From contig NW_027362771.1 in the NCBI RefSeq assembly GCF_046119375.1, positions 585,094,001-585,158,000 on the forward strand: a stretch of 64,000 nt of DNA, written 5' to 3'. This DNA comes from Phyllobates terribilis (lineage: Eukaryota). The translations under genes were made by a program, and so were the position numbers. Shown piece by piece: positions 14,301 through 25,183 of the stretch (position 1 is its first letter; each line of letters opens with the position of its first letter). Under the pieces are notes generated by a model. The model searched no databases, was not told the DNA's origin, and saw nothing but the letters and a program-made list of their open reading frames with translations.

Positions 14301-17300
14301 CCCTGTAACACTCACAGCATTGTCCACAGTGGAGATGATGGAAGGGTTGCAGATTTTACTATTTGTGTTGCGAATCCGCATCACTGGTCAATTTACGCTG
14401 CTGGTACTTTACCGAGTTTGGTGAAATCTCATCCACAATACCCCTGTTGTAATTCACTGTCGATCTCCTGCTGCTCAGTGGAATAATTGTTGGGACTTTG
14501 GACGCTAACCAGGTCTCTAGAACTAGCGGCACTCTAATCTATCCCCGTCCCCCGGATTACTCCTGAAGGAGGAGACGCTGGGTTCACTTGCCTTGCTATG
14601 CTCCTATATCTACCCTGATCTGTCCCCTCCCCCACCCAGAACAGTGGGAAGCAGCAGTGTTTAGGAACATACTAACCAGACAAACAAGGGAAGACGGACA
14701 GGGATAAATGAAAATACCATGCATACAAAATACACTCACCAAACAGAGTGGGACACGGGAGTTAAAGGAAGTAGAAACCAAATAGGAGGGGATGAGGATG
14801 TGCACACAGACAAAACTCCAAGCAACAATCTCCAGACCAATCTCCAAACACCAACTCCAACCACAGACTACACCTCAAACTCCAGAACCAGGCAGCAAGA
14901 ACTAACACTGGTAATCTGTAAGTGCCAGAGGGGAGCGGCCAACACTGAACAGCTGAGACAATCCAGGATGGAGAGCTCTAGGAGATCAACTGAACAGATT
15001 ACCCCCCTGCACTGTTTAATACGATATTGAAGTGCTTCTAACCAGTGCAGGAGTACGTGAAACCAGATACCGCGGTCTTCTGGCCCGTCTGTCTCGGTAT
15101 TCTTGTGCAAAAATAATATTTCTTTATTGAAGACCATCAATATAAAACACGGAGATGCGCTTTACGCCTCTTCAGTTTTTTATTCATAGCATATCTAAAT
15201 GCAGTAATCAGGTTACCAAATATTTGGGTTCCAGACTCCTTCATGTACGTCAGGTTACAACATCTGTCACACTGCATTATTGTCTACACTTGTCCTGCGC
15301 GTTCGGACGTCTTATGGAGCTCTGTGCTTTTTTTTGTTGGGGTGAGCTGTCAGTCCTTTTATATTTTTCATATACCGTATTTTTCGGACTATAAGAAGCA
15401 CCTAGGTTTTAGAGGAGGAAAATAGAAAAAAAAATATTTAAGCAAAAAATGTGGTCATGATGCCCTGTTAAAGGGGAGGGAGTCTGCTGCTGACACTGGT
15501 ATTGGGGTAATGTCCCCCCAATTCTGTTAATATTCTCTATCCTGGTATGTATGAACCCTCCTTCCTGGTATACGTGGCCCCCATCCCATCTTGGCATACG
15601 TGGCCCTCATCCCCATCCTGGAATTCATGGCACCCCTTTGATCTACCATCCTGGTATGCATGGCACCCCTTGATCACCCATCCTGGTATGCATGGCACCC
15701 CTTGATCACCCATCCTGGTATGCATGGCACCCCTTGATCCCCCATCCAGGTATGCATGGCACCCCCCTGATCCCCATCCTGGTAATGTATGGCACCCCTT
15801 GGTCCCCCATCCTGGTATGCATGGCACCCCTTTATCCCCCATCCTGGTATGCATGGCACCCCTTTATCCCCCATCCTGGTATGCATGGCACCCCTTTATC
15901 CCCCATCCTGGTATGCATGGCACCCCTTTATCCCCCATCTTGGTATGCATGACACCCCTTTATCCCCCATCCTGGTATGCATGGCACCCCTTTATCCCCC
16001 ATCTTGGTATGCATGGCACCCCTTTATCCCCCATCTTGGTATGCATGGCACCCCTTTATCCCCCATCCTGGTATGCATGGCACCCCTTTATGCCCCATCC
16101 TGGTATGCTTGGCGCCCCTTGAGCTACCATCCTCTTATGCTTGGCACCCCTTGAGCCCCCATCCTGGTATGCATGGCACCCCTTGAGCCCCCATCCTGCT
16201 GCCCACAAAAAAAAATAAACAATCATACTCCCCTCCTCTCTCCTCCAGCGCTGTCCCGCTCTGCTGCTGACACTCTCACTGTGTGAGCCGCGCATGGCGT
16301 CCCTGCCATTCGCCCTCACACAGTGTGAGAGCGCGCACACTGTAACGCAGCGCGGCTCCTGCTGCGCTCTGCGGTCAGTGTGCCCGCTATTAAAGATCAT
16401 GGATATTCACTACAACCCATAGGAGTGGGTTGTAGTGAACATTCATGAGTTTAAATAGCGGGCACACTGACCGCAGAGCGCAGCAGGAGCCGCGCTGCGT
16501 TACAGTGTGCCGGCTATTAAGGAAAATGAATATTCCCTGTTCCCCATGCCAAGTGTTTTGTTTTTTTTGTTGTTGTTTTTTTTTTATTATTTTATTTACC
16601 TTGTTTTTTTGTCTCTTGAGCATGTGATGCCTCAGTATAACAGAACATTATGTCTTTGTCTATGTTTGGCCTAATATGAGTCTAAAGATGGCTGATTTAG
16701 CGGCCATTACTAAGCTCACAGTTGACAAAGAAACCCATTGGCTCCCTGCGGTTGCTTTGCAAGGGCGCCAGCGAGGTGACAGTGCGCACCCTCCTCATGT
16801 CTAACCACTTAGATACTATTCTTGGTATGCACCTGGCAGTATACTATATACATTTGTTGTGAAGAAGTCATCCAGCCCTTGTATAAAGCTGTTATAGTGT
16901 CGGCCATCACTACCCCTTGTGGTCGACAATCCACAGTCATAGAATCATAGAATCATAGAATGGTAGAGTTGGAAGGGACCTCCTGGGTCATCTGGTCCAA
17001 CCCCCTGCTCAAAGCAGGATTCACTAGATCATCTCAGACAGATGTCTGTCCAGCCTCTGTTTGAAGACGTCCATTGAAGGGGAACTCACCACCTCTCGTG
17101 GCCGCCTTTTCCACTCATTAATCACCCTAACTGTCAAAAAGTTTTTTCTAATATCTAATCTGTGTCTCCTCCCATTTAGTTTCATCCCATTGCTTCTAGT
17201 CTTTCCTTGTGCAAATGAGAATAAAGATGATCCTTCTACAATGTGACAGCCATTGACATATTTGTAGACAGCTATTAAGTCTCCTCTCAGTCTTCTTTTT

Positions 17301-20300
17301 TGCAAGCTAAACATTCCCAAATCCTGCAACCGTTCCTCATAGGACATGGTTTGCAGACCAGTCACCATTCTGGTCGCTCTTCTCTGAACTTGCTCCAGTT
17401 TGTCTATGTCTTTTTTAAAATGTGGTGCCCAAAACTGTACACAGTATTCCAGATGAGGTCTGACCAAAGAGGAGTAAAGACCGATAATGACTTCACGTGA
17501 TCTAGACTGTATGCTTCTGTTAATACATCCCAGAATTGTATTTGCCTTTTTTGCTGCTGCATCACACTGTTGACTCATGTTCAGTCTATGATCTGTTAGT
17601 ATACCTAAGTCTTTTTCACATGTACTGTTGCTTAGCTCTATTCCTCCCATTCTGTATATGCTTTTTTCATTTTTATTGCCCAGATGTAGTACTTTGCATT
17701 TTTCCCTGTTAAAAACCATTCTGTTGGTTGCTGCCCACTGCTCCAGTTTATTTAGGTCTTTTTGAATCCTCTCTCTCTCTTCTCTAGTATTAGCTATCCC
17801 TCCTAGCTTTGTGTCATCAGCAAATTTAATCAGTTTACCCTCAATTCCTTCATCTAAATCATTGATAAAGATGTTGAACAATACAGGTCCCAGGACGGAG
17901 CCCTGTGGTACCCCACTTGAGACATTCATCCAGCTGGATGTGAAGCCATTTACAACCACCCTTTGAGTCCGATCACTAAGCCAGTTATGAATCCACCTAA
18001 CAGTTGCCTGGTCCATTGCATACTTGGTCATTTTTTCAATAAGGATGGTGTGAGATACTTTGTCAAATGCTTTGCTGAAGTCAAGATATACTATATCTAC
18101 AGCATTTCCCTGATCCACCCAGTCAGTGATTCTGTCATAGAAGGAAATTAAGTTAGTCTGACATGACTTGTTAGTTACAAACCCATGCTGACTCTGGTTA
18201 ATCACTTCATTCTTATCCATGTACTTACATACATGTTGTTTAATAATTTGTTCAAAGATCTTTCCTGGTATAGAAGTCAGACTCACCGGCCTATAGTTCC
18301 CTGGGTCCACCTTCTTCCCCTTTTTGAAGATAGGAACAACATTTGCTCTTCTCCAGTCTTCAGGGACTTCTCCTGTTCTCCAAGAATTTTCAAAGATTAT
18401 GGAGAGTGGTTCTAAAATTTCTTCTATGATCTCCTTCAGTACTCTGGGGTGTAATTCATCTGGACCTGGAGACTTGAACTCATTTATGTTAGCTAAATAT
18501 TCCCTCACAATCTTTCTGTTTACAGATAACTTAGATTCCTCTATTCCTCTAAAAGGACAGTGAAGATCAGTTGATGTTACATTTTCTTTCTGAGAGAAAA
18601 CAGATGCAAAATAGGAATTAAAAAGTTCGGCCTTCTCAACATCCTCTCTTACCATTTCTCCATTTTCATCCTGTAAAAATCCTATAGCATCTTTGACTTT
18701 TCTTTTACTTTTGACATACCCCCAAAATCCTTTTTTATTGCTTTTGACATCTCTTGCAAGCCTTAATTCATTGTCAGCTTTAGCTAACCTGATACGTGCC
18801 CTACAGGATCTGCAGACTGCATTATAATCTTCTTTAGATATGCCTCCCTCTTTCCATTTAATAAACATTTCTTTCTTTCTTTTTAGCATGTGTTTAAGTT
18901 CTGTGTTCATCCATCCTGGTTTCCTTAAATGCTTCCCATTCTTCCTACTTTTCGGGATTGTTAACGATTGTGCTTTGAGAATCTCATTTTTAAAAATTTC
19001 CCATCCTTCCTGGACATTTTTGTCCTTAAGGACATCCAGCCATTGGATCCCTCCTATTCTCTTTCTGAGTCTCTTAAAATCTGCCTTTCTAAAATCTAAC
19101 CTTGAAGTTTGAGTCTTCACATGTCTTCCTCCTCTATTTATCCAAAATTCTATAATAGCATGATCGCTGCCTCCTAGCGTCCCAGCCACTGCTCTGACTG
19201 CTCTGACTGTAAAGAACCCTTTCCTGTTTAGCTGCCGGAATCGCCTTTCTTCCTCCCGTAGTCCCCTGGTCCTTAGTATGGTCTTTGGAAGGAATAAGTC
19301 ATGTGCCAGTACTTTGTACTGACCACACATATATTTATACATATAAATGAGATCTCCTCTGAGGCGTCTTCTTTCTAAGCTAAACAAGCCCGACTTTTCA
19401 CCCTGTCATTATAAGAGTTCCCCTGTAATTATCCAGTCACTTGCCTTTAAACCAACTCTACTTAACGCCTTTTTTATGTTTGCACTTTTTCCCCTTCTAC
19501 CCGGAGCCTGAACTTTTTTTTTTTCGTTTAATTTTGCATCAACATCACTTAATTTCTCATTATTACACATAACTTAATTCATGGACATCTATGGTGATTT
19601 CTTTATGGATTGGATGGGTTGTTACCGACATCTAGTGAGAATTTCATGTCAATAGCACCTTTAGAAATAGATTTACTTAGAAAATTAGTGACGTGTTCAA
19701 TACTGACCTTATTTTTCGGACTATAAGACGCATTTATTTTCCCCCAACTTTGGGAAGAAAATGGAGGGTGCATCATAAAGTCCAAATATGGCTTACCAGG
19801 GGGGGCGGCGGTGGTGGAGCAGGGTCACAGGAGGCAGGGTCGCTGCTGGAAGACGGCAGCTCTTCCCTCGCACTAAGACCTGTATATAGCAGCTGTGACA
19901 TGGGGCGCAGAGACCCCAAACGTATCGCCACTAGATGTGGCTTCCTCAGGGGTAATGGATATATATGTGGGAGTGGGTCTCTGCACCTGGATCTTCACCA
20001 ATCAAAACATCTGACATGAAATATCAGAAGTTTTCTGAACTTTACACATGCATATTTATATTCATGGCTGACGTCGTCTGAAAAAAACAGCCCCAACCCT
20101 GTCTCAGTCGTATCCAGTATTGCAGCTCGGACCCATTGAAGTGAACAGATAACGGGATAGAGCCGTGACGTATACGGCAGACCATGTATGTGACCTGGGT
20201 AAGGAGAATAAAGGGAAGAAGACGTCTGACCTTTATAATGGTAGAAGTGATAATGACACAAATCCCCCGACCCCTTTCATCACCGCCGGATGACTAACAG

Positions 20301-21274
20301 ATGACTAACCATACGGCTGAGAACTGAAGGCAATACCCAAAATACAGACCATGACCCTGCGAAACTGACGGTGGTAGGGAACCAGTTTAGACATACCTGG
20401 ATGGATGATCTTTGTGTGAATATGACCGAAGAAATGTTAAATGGTCAGGAAGTGGGGGGGCGGGGTCTGTGTTGTACAGGAAGTGGGGGGGGCGGGTCTG
20501 TGTTGTACAGGAAGTGGGGGGGCGGGGTCTGTATTGTACAGGAAGTGGGGGGGCAGGTCTTTGTCTCTATAGGAAAGAGGGTGGGTCATTGTCTCCTCTT
20601 TTTGCTTCTGCCCCCATGTCTGTTAAGCAGCATACAGGTATAGCAGAGTGGCAGCCCTTTAGTTCAGGGTGGGCAAAGTATTTGGAAAATTTTAAGAGCT
20701 TTGCATTTTAGGATATGAATGGAAGGAAGTTCCAGCACATAATGTGCTGGCAAAATGTTGAAGAGGAAGCACCTCACCCCCCCTCCCCCCTCCCAAATAA
20801 AAAAAATTTGCAAGTTGCGTAGCATAAGAACAGGAACAGTTCCAGGACTTATTAGATTGGTGTGAACAATTTAATTTTACCTTGTTGTGGGGGGTGAAGG
20901 CAACAAGACAATGCCTTTCTATAGATGTTGAGGGAAAGGTACGCCTTAACCTGTCATGCTATGTATCTGCTGGGCATTCTTTACCAGTGAAGTGTCTCTT
21001 CCCACACTCCCTCCACCGCGCTCTTAAGTGACAGCCCTAGTGTCCTTCCAGGAGACCACCAGATTGACTCCAACCACCCCCCACTATAGAGGAGTACGTA
21101 GTGCATGTGCGCTGTTCCCATGATATTATAACCTGTGCTCCCATTGTGCCGGCTTGTTTTCCGCCATCCTCTACTCATGTCCACATTTCTTCCTACCAGG
21201 TGTGTGCGGCCGGGGGCACGGTGGCTGCAGCCTCTGGAGGACAGACGGTGGAGATATGGAGATTTCCCGAATAA
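508..21274 (+). CDS. FBXW9: F-box/WD repeat-containing protein 9, 10 coding exons, 458 aa
   Basis: join(508..919,8051..8187,8566..8694,8858..8970,10917..11008,11148..11296,12696..12809,13793..13882,13962..14027,21200..21274) = 1377 nt, all GT-AG, phases consistent. Kozak accATGg. F-box [29 protein letters not shown]...TWRLRV; WD segments [65 protein letters not shown] match FBXW9 as I recall it. Confidence 0.96.
953..8016. repeat. ~7 kb complex minisatellite in FBXW9 intron 1, unit GACATCAGGACAC(ACAGA|GTAAAAA)CCTCT(CCT)n
   Basis: Directly visible; unit about 30-60 bp with a variable (CCT)n tract; explains all ORFs between 1946 and 8005. Confidence 0.98.
8269..8322. repeat. (TG)n microsatellite, about 27 units
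   Basis: Direct. Confidence 0.97.
8329..8487. repeat. 26-bp minisatellite GGTGCTGGACCTCCACAGTGGTCCCC x6 (FBXW9 intron 2)
   Basis: Direct. Confidence 0.95.
9196..9410. repeat. 28-bp minisatellite AGGCGCCGCTGCGTGCACTCTCCTTCAC, about 7 copies (FBXW9 intron 4)
   Basis: Direct. Confidence 0.92.
12200..12470. mobile_element. MITE-like inverted repeat
   Basis: gaagccagaagtggatccagcagg (~12205) and cttgctggatccacttctggc (~12441) are inverted copies, with a third degenerate copy near 12307. Confidence 0.5.
13100..13600. mobile_element. Possible Penelope-like element fragment
   Basis: Motif gaaggacgcaccgaaacgcgcgtcgggg resembles the gaaacgcgtcg signature of vertebrate Penelope pseudo-LTRs (from memory). 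Confidence 0.35.
14487..14990. mobile_element. Probable solo LTR (Gypsy-like), degraded
   Basis: Starts tgttggga; composition and motifs (cctgatctgtcccctccccc, A/C-rich tract) resemble common anuran LTRs; no coding region seen. Confidence 0.4.
15560..16200. repeat. 32-bp minisatellite TGGTATGCATGGCACCCCTTTATCCCCCATCC, about 19 copies
   Basis: Direct. Confidence 0.95.
16335..16510. repeat. Near-perfect 176-bp palindrome
   Basis: gcacactgtaacgcagcgcggctcctgctgcgctctgcggtcagtgtgcccgctatt ... aatagcgggcacactgaccgcagagcgcagcaggagccgcgctgcgttacagtgtgc, with inner stem ttcactacaaccca/tgggttgtagtgaa. Confidence 0.93.
16800..19400 (-). mobile_element. Older CR1 3' fragment split by the young CR1 (pieces ~16800-16937 and ~19193-19400)
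   Basis: [20 protein letters not shown]...[10 protein letters not shown] on one side resumes as [14 protein letters not shown] on the other side of the insertion. Confidence 0.85.
16938..19192 (-). mobile_element. Young 5'-truncated CR1 LINE with intact reverse-transcriptase ORF2 portion
   Basis: Stop-free ORF with [38 protein letters not shown]; (ATTCTATG)n 3' tail at 16938-16960. Confidence 0.97.
20445..20555. repeat. ~31-bp G-rich repeat ACAGGAAGTGGGGGGCGGGGTCTGTGTTGT x3-4
   Basis: Direct. Confidence 0.85.
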
Positions 21275-21790
21275 CACCCATCACCATTAACACTTGGCGT
21301 CTGTCTCTAACCAGTCGTGCAAATATAAACAAGAAATATACAGTACGAGGAGGCGACCTGCATGGAAATCAATATGTAGCGGGGGACGAGGCTTGCGTCT
21401 CGGTGGTCCTCCTTCCATATGTGATAACATGTATGCTGAGATTTGCACAAACAGAAGAAAGGGCTTTATGGTAAACGATAAAATGGTGCCCGTTCATGCC
21501 ATCACACCCTTCACCCCCCCCCCCCCCCCCCCAAAAAAAAAACAGGTGGACCTGGGGCTGATTGCTCTGAGCACGGGATGCACACAGGGAACTGGACCAG
21601 CCATGGGTCACCGGCCTCCAACCTGTGGCTCTATGGCTATCGGTAAGGTGACAGCCTTCAACATGCTGGGACTTGTGGTATCTGACATTCACAGGTTGGC
21701 GGACACTGATGAAACCAAATACCATCTCCTGATCTCTGTAGATTGGGCTTCCATACTCAGGTTTTTAGTCACCATTTTAAATATATGAAA

Positions 21791-21801
21791 AATAAAATAA
21801 A
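21791..21801 (+). terminator. Tandem AATAAA poly(A) signals, probable FBXW9 3' end
   Basis: aataaaataaa about 520 nt after the FBXW9 stop codon. Confidence 0.55.
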
Positions 21802-22120
21802 TCCTTGGAAAGCGTCCTGGCGTCAGCGTCTTGTCCATAATACGGAATATTATAGGTTCCTCCATTGCGTTGATGAACCATCGTGATTAGGATGGACCGC
21901 TCCTATCCTAAAAGAGAAAATTAAAATCGCCCTGCAGAAAACATGTATCTATGTGAGTGTGAGCAGATCTGGTGACCGGGCGCCTGTCAGGGATGGAGAT
22001 ATCAGGCCGTAAATGATCAGTCAGTTCTTGAAGCAAGAAAAATGGGCGAGTGTAAGGATGTGCGTGATAAGGGCCCAATTGTGATGATTAAAGAACTGGG
22101 TCAGAACAGCTCCAGAGTGG

Positions 22121-22318
22121 CGGCTCGTGCGGGGTGTCCCTGGTACATGCCGGCTCGTGCGGGGTGTCCCCGGTACATGCCGGCTCGTGCGGGGTGTCCC
22201 CGGTACATGCCGGCTCGTGCGGGGTGTCCCCGGTACATGCCGGCTCGTGCGGGGTGTCCCCGGTACATGCCGGCTCGTGCGGGGTGTCCCCGGTACATGC
22301 CGGCTCGTGCGGGGTGTT
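22121..22318. repeat. 30-bp minisatellite CGGCTCGTGCGGGGTGTCCCCGGTACATGC, about 6.5 copies
   Basis: Direct. Confidence 0.96.
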
Positions 22319-22374
22319 TCTGCCGTTCTTCAGGTCTTGTATGGTGTTCCCTGTATTGATTGGTTAGTACATAC

Positions 22375-23260
22375 CAAAAGTGGTCCATGGAACGTCACGC
22401 TGAGCATCGCAGCTATGATAGAAAAGTGTCAGGACACGCTGAGCATCGCTGCTATGATAGAAAGGTGTCAGGACACGCTGAGCATCGCAGCTATGATAGA
22501 AAGGTGTCAGGACACGCTGAGCATCGCAGCTATGATAGAAAGGTGTCAGGACACGCTGAGCATCGCAGCTATGATAGAAAGGTGTCAGGACACGCTGAGC
22601 ATCGCAGCTATGATAGAAAGGTGTCAGGACACGCTGAGCATCGCAGCTATGATAGAAAGGTGTCAGGACACGCTGAGCATCGCAGCTATGATAGAAAGGT
22701 GTCAGGACACGCTGAGCATCGCAGCTATGATAGAAAGGTGTCAGGACACGCTGAGCATCGCAGCTATGATAGAAAGGTGTCAGGACACGCTGAGCATCGC
22801 AGCTATGATAGAAAGGTGTCAGGACACGCTGAGCATCGCAGCTATGATAGAAAGGTGTCAGGACACGCTGAGCATCGCAGCTATGATAGAAAGGTGTCAG
22901 GACACGCTGAGCATCGCAGCTATGATAGAAAGGTGTCAGGACACGCTGAGCATCGCAGCTATGATAGAAAGGTGTCAGGACACGCTGAGCATCGCAGCTA
23001 TGATAGAAAGGTGTCAGGACACGCTGAGCATCGCAGCTATGATAGAAAGGTGTCAGGACACGCTGAGCATCGCAGCTATGATAGAAAGGTGTCAGGACAC
23101 GCTGAGCATCGCAGCTATGATAGAAAGGTGTCAGGACATGCTGAGCATCGCACCTATGATAGAAAGGTGTAGAGACACACAGAGCACCGCGGCAACGATA
23201 GAAAGGTGCCGGGACATGCTGAGCATCACAGCTGTGATAGAAAGACGTTTGAAATCTGTT
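22375..23260 (-). other. Candidate coding exon of an unannotated gene encoding (PFYHSCDAQRVLT)n
   Basis: Acceptor cctgactgccacgctccAG|AAC at 23260, donor TTTTG|GTATGT at 22375; 886 nt = 295 codons + 1, no stop; no homology recognised. Confidence 0.3.
22396..23245. repeat. 39-bp minisatellite GGTGTCAGGACACGCTGAGCATCGCAGCTATGATAGAAA, about 22 copies
   Basis: Direct; no indels across the array; degenerate terminal copies. Confidence 0.98.
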
Positions 23261-23313
23261 CTGGAGCGTGGCAGTCAGGTCAAGACATGATGAATTGAGG
23301 ACCGTGGCAGATA

Positions 23314-25183
23314 CAGTGGGGGAAATAAGTATTTGATCCCTTGCTTATTTTGTAAGTTTGCCCACTGACAAAGACATGAACAGTCTATAATTTTAAGGGT
23401 AGGTTAATTTTAACCTTGAGAGATAGAATATCCCAAAAAAATCAAGAAAATCACATTGTATACATTAGATACATTTTTTTGCATTGAGAAATAAGTATTT
23501 GATTCCTCTGGTAAACAACATTTAATACTTGGTGGCAAAACCCTTGTTGGCAAGCACAGCAGTCAGACATTGTTTGTAGTTGATGATGAGGTTTGCGCAC
23601 ATGTCAGGAGGAGTTTTGGTCCACTCCTCTTTGCAGATCATTTCTAAATCATTAAGATTTTGAGGCTGTCACTTGGCAAATCGGAGCTTCAACTCCCTCT
23701 ATGAGTTTTCTATGGGATTAAGGTCTGGATACTGGCTAGGCCACTCCATGACCTTAATGTGCTTCTTTTTGAGCCACTCCTTTGTTGCCTTGGCTGTGTG
23801 TTTTGGGTCATTGTCTTGCTGGAAGACACAGCCACAACCCATCTTCAATGCTCTTACTGAGGGAAGGAGGTTGTTTTTATCCCAAAAAACAGATTTTTAA
23901 TACAAATATGAAGGGTGGAGCCCGAGCCCACATGATGTCATCACAGGGGTGTGGGGGCCGATCTTCCCCTTCGACATAACAGAGAGCCGAAGGGACATTG
24001 ATCAATATTCATTTCGGGAGTATATAGTTATTATATGCAATGGATCCTGTTCGATAACAGTCAAATCAGAGAGCTCCCCTCCAGCTATATTGAGTCGTCA
24101 CTGCGAACGTATAGTAAGTTTCTTCCTTAATCCTTATTATTTTGTGTAACTGCTTATGTATTGTAAATGTCTCCTTTTATAAAATCTTTTGTATATTTTC
24201 CCTAAACACTGCCTCCCTTTTGGATTAAACATAAAATGTAATAGTTCTGTTTCTTTTGTTCTGTAATCGTTCCCTCCCCCGAAGCCATACGCTACCAAAA
24301 AGCGGGCGTCCGCCCAGGCCTGTATTATATTTCAAATCTGGATGGTGGTAGCAGCGAAAAATATTAATAATTGGGCTATCGTGAAGCTGACAGTGACCGT
24401 ACGGAGGGCATAAACACATATTCCATGCGTTGGAATCCAGAGGTGTGACACCATACGCTCACTGGTCGCTTGCCGATACCTCCTTAGCGAGTAGTGGGGA
24501 CTGTGTGCTCACGGATCCCTGACGAAATCCGTGAGATATTGTGTGATCTCCCTGGTGTCGTCCCTGTGGAATCCATGACAAATGGGTAAAATCTCGCGAT
24601 ACATGACCCCACCCATCTTCCCTTCAGTACGGTGCAGTCGTCATGTCCCCTTTGCAGAAAAGCACCCCCAAAGTATAACGTTTCCCCCACCATGCTTCAC
24701 AGTTGGGACGATGTTCTTAGGGTTGTACTCGCCCTTCTTCCTCCAAACACGGAGAGTTGAGTTAATGCCAAACAGCTCAATTTTTGTCTCAACTGACCAC
24801 AGCACTTTCTCCCAATAACTCACAGATTCATCCAGGTGTTCATTGGCAAACTTCAGACGGGCCTGCACATATGCCTTCTTGAGCAGGGGGACCTTGCGGG
24901 CACTGCAGGATTTTAAACCTTTAAGGCGTAATGTGTTACCAATGGTTTTCTTTGTGACTGGTCCCAGCTGGTTTGAGATCATTAACAAGTTCCCCCCCGT
25001 GTAGTTTTAGGCTGATCTCTCACCTTCCTCATGATCAAGGATACCCCACTAGGTGAGATTTTGCATGGTGCCCCAGATCGATGTCGATTGACAGTCATTT
25101 TGCATTTCTTCCATTTTCTTACTATTGCACCGACAGTTGTCTCCTTCTCACCCAGCGTCTTACTTATGGTTTTGTAGCCCATT
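23314..25183 (-). mobile_element. Tc1 transposon, truncated and interrupted
   Basis: TA + CAGTGGGGGAAATAAGTATTTGATCCC terminal repeat; transposase fragments GYKTISK...RSGAPCKIS and ARKVPLLKK...[15 protein letters not shown]...[20 protein letters not shown]. Confidence 0.92.
23880..24585. mobile_element. ~700-bp insertion inside the Tc1, LTR-like (TGTCAT...ATGACA)
   Basis: Interrupts the Tc1 between ggaggttgtt and aaaatctcgcgatac; imperfect inverted ends at 23936 and 24580; no clean TSD seen. Confidence 0.5.

Larger units (their letters stand above)
15374..16620. mobile_element. Non-autonomous TcMar (Tc2/Kanga-like) element carrying an internal minisatellite and hairpin
   Basis: Begins (ta)ccgtatttttcggactataagaagcac, a Tc2-type terminal motif also seen near 19709-19735; right end uncertain. 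Confidence 0.5.

Noticed and set aside
17024-19387. 787-aa ORF as a host gene or full-length LINE ORF2
   Set aside because: Lacks most of the endonuclease domain; the N-terminus comes from a different, older CR1
22127-23290. Plus-strand 387-aa and 270-aa repeat ORFs
   Set aside because: Start and end within or next to tandem arrays with no convincing splice or promoter context; the minus frame has better splice support
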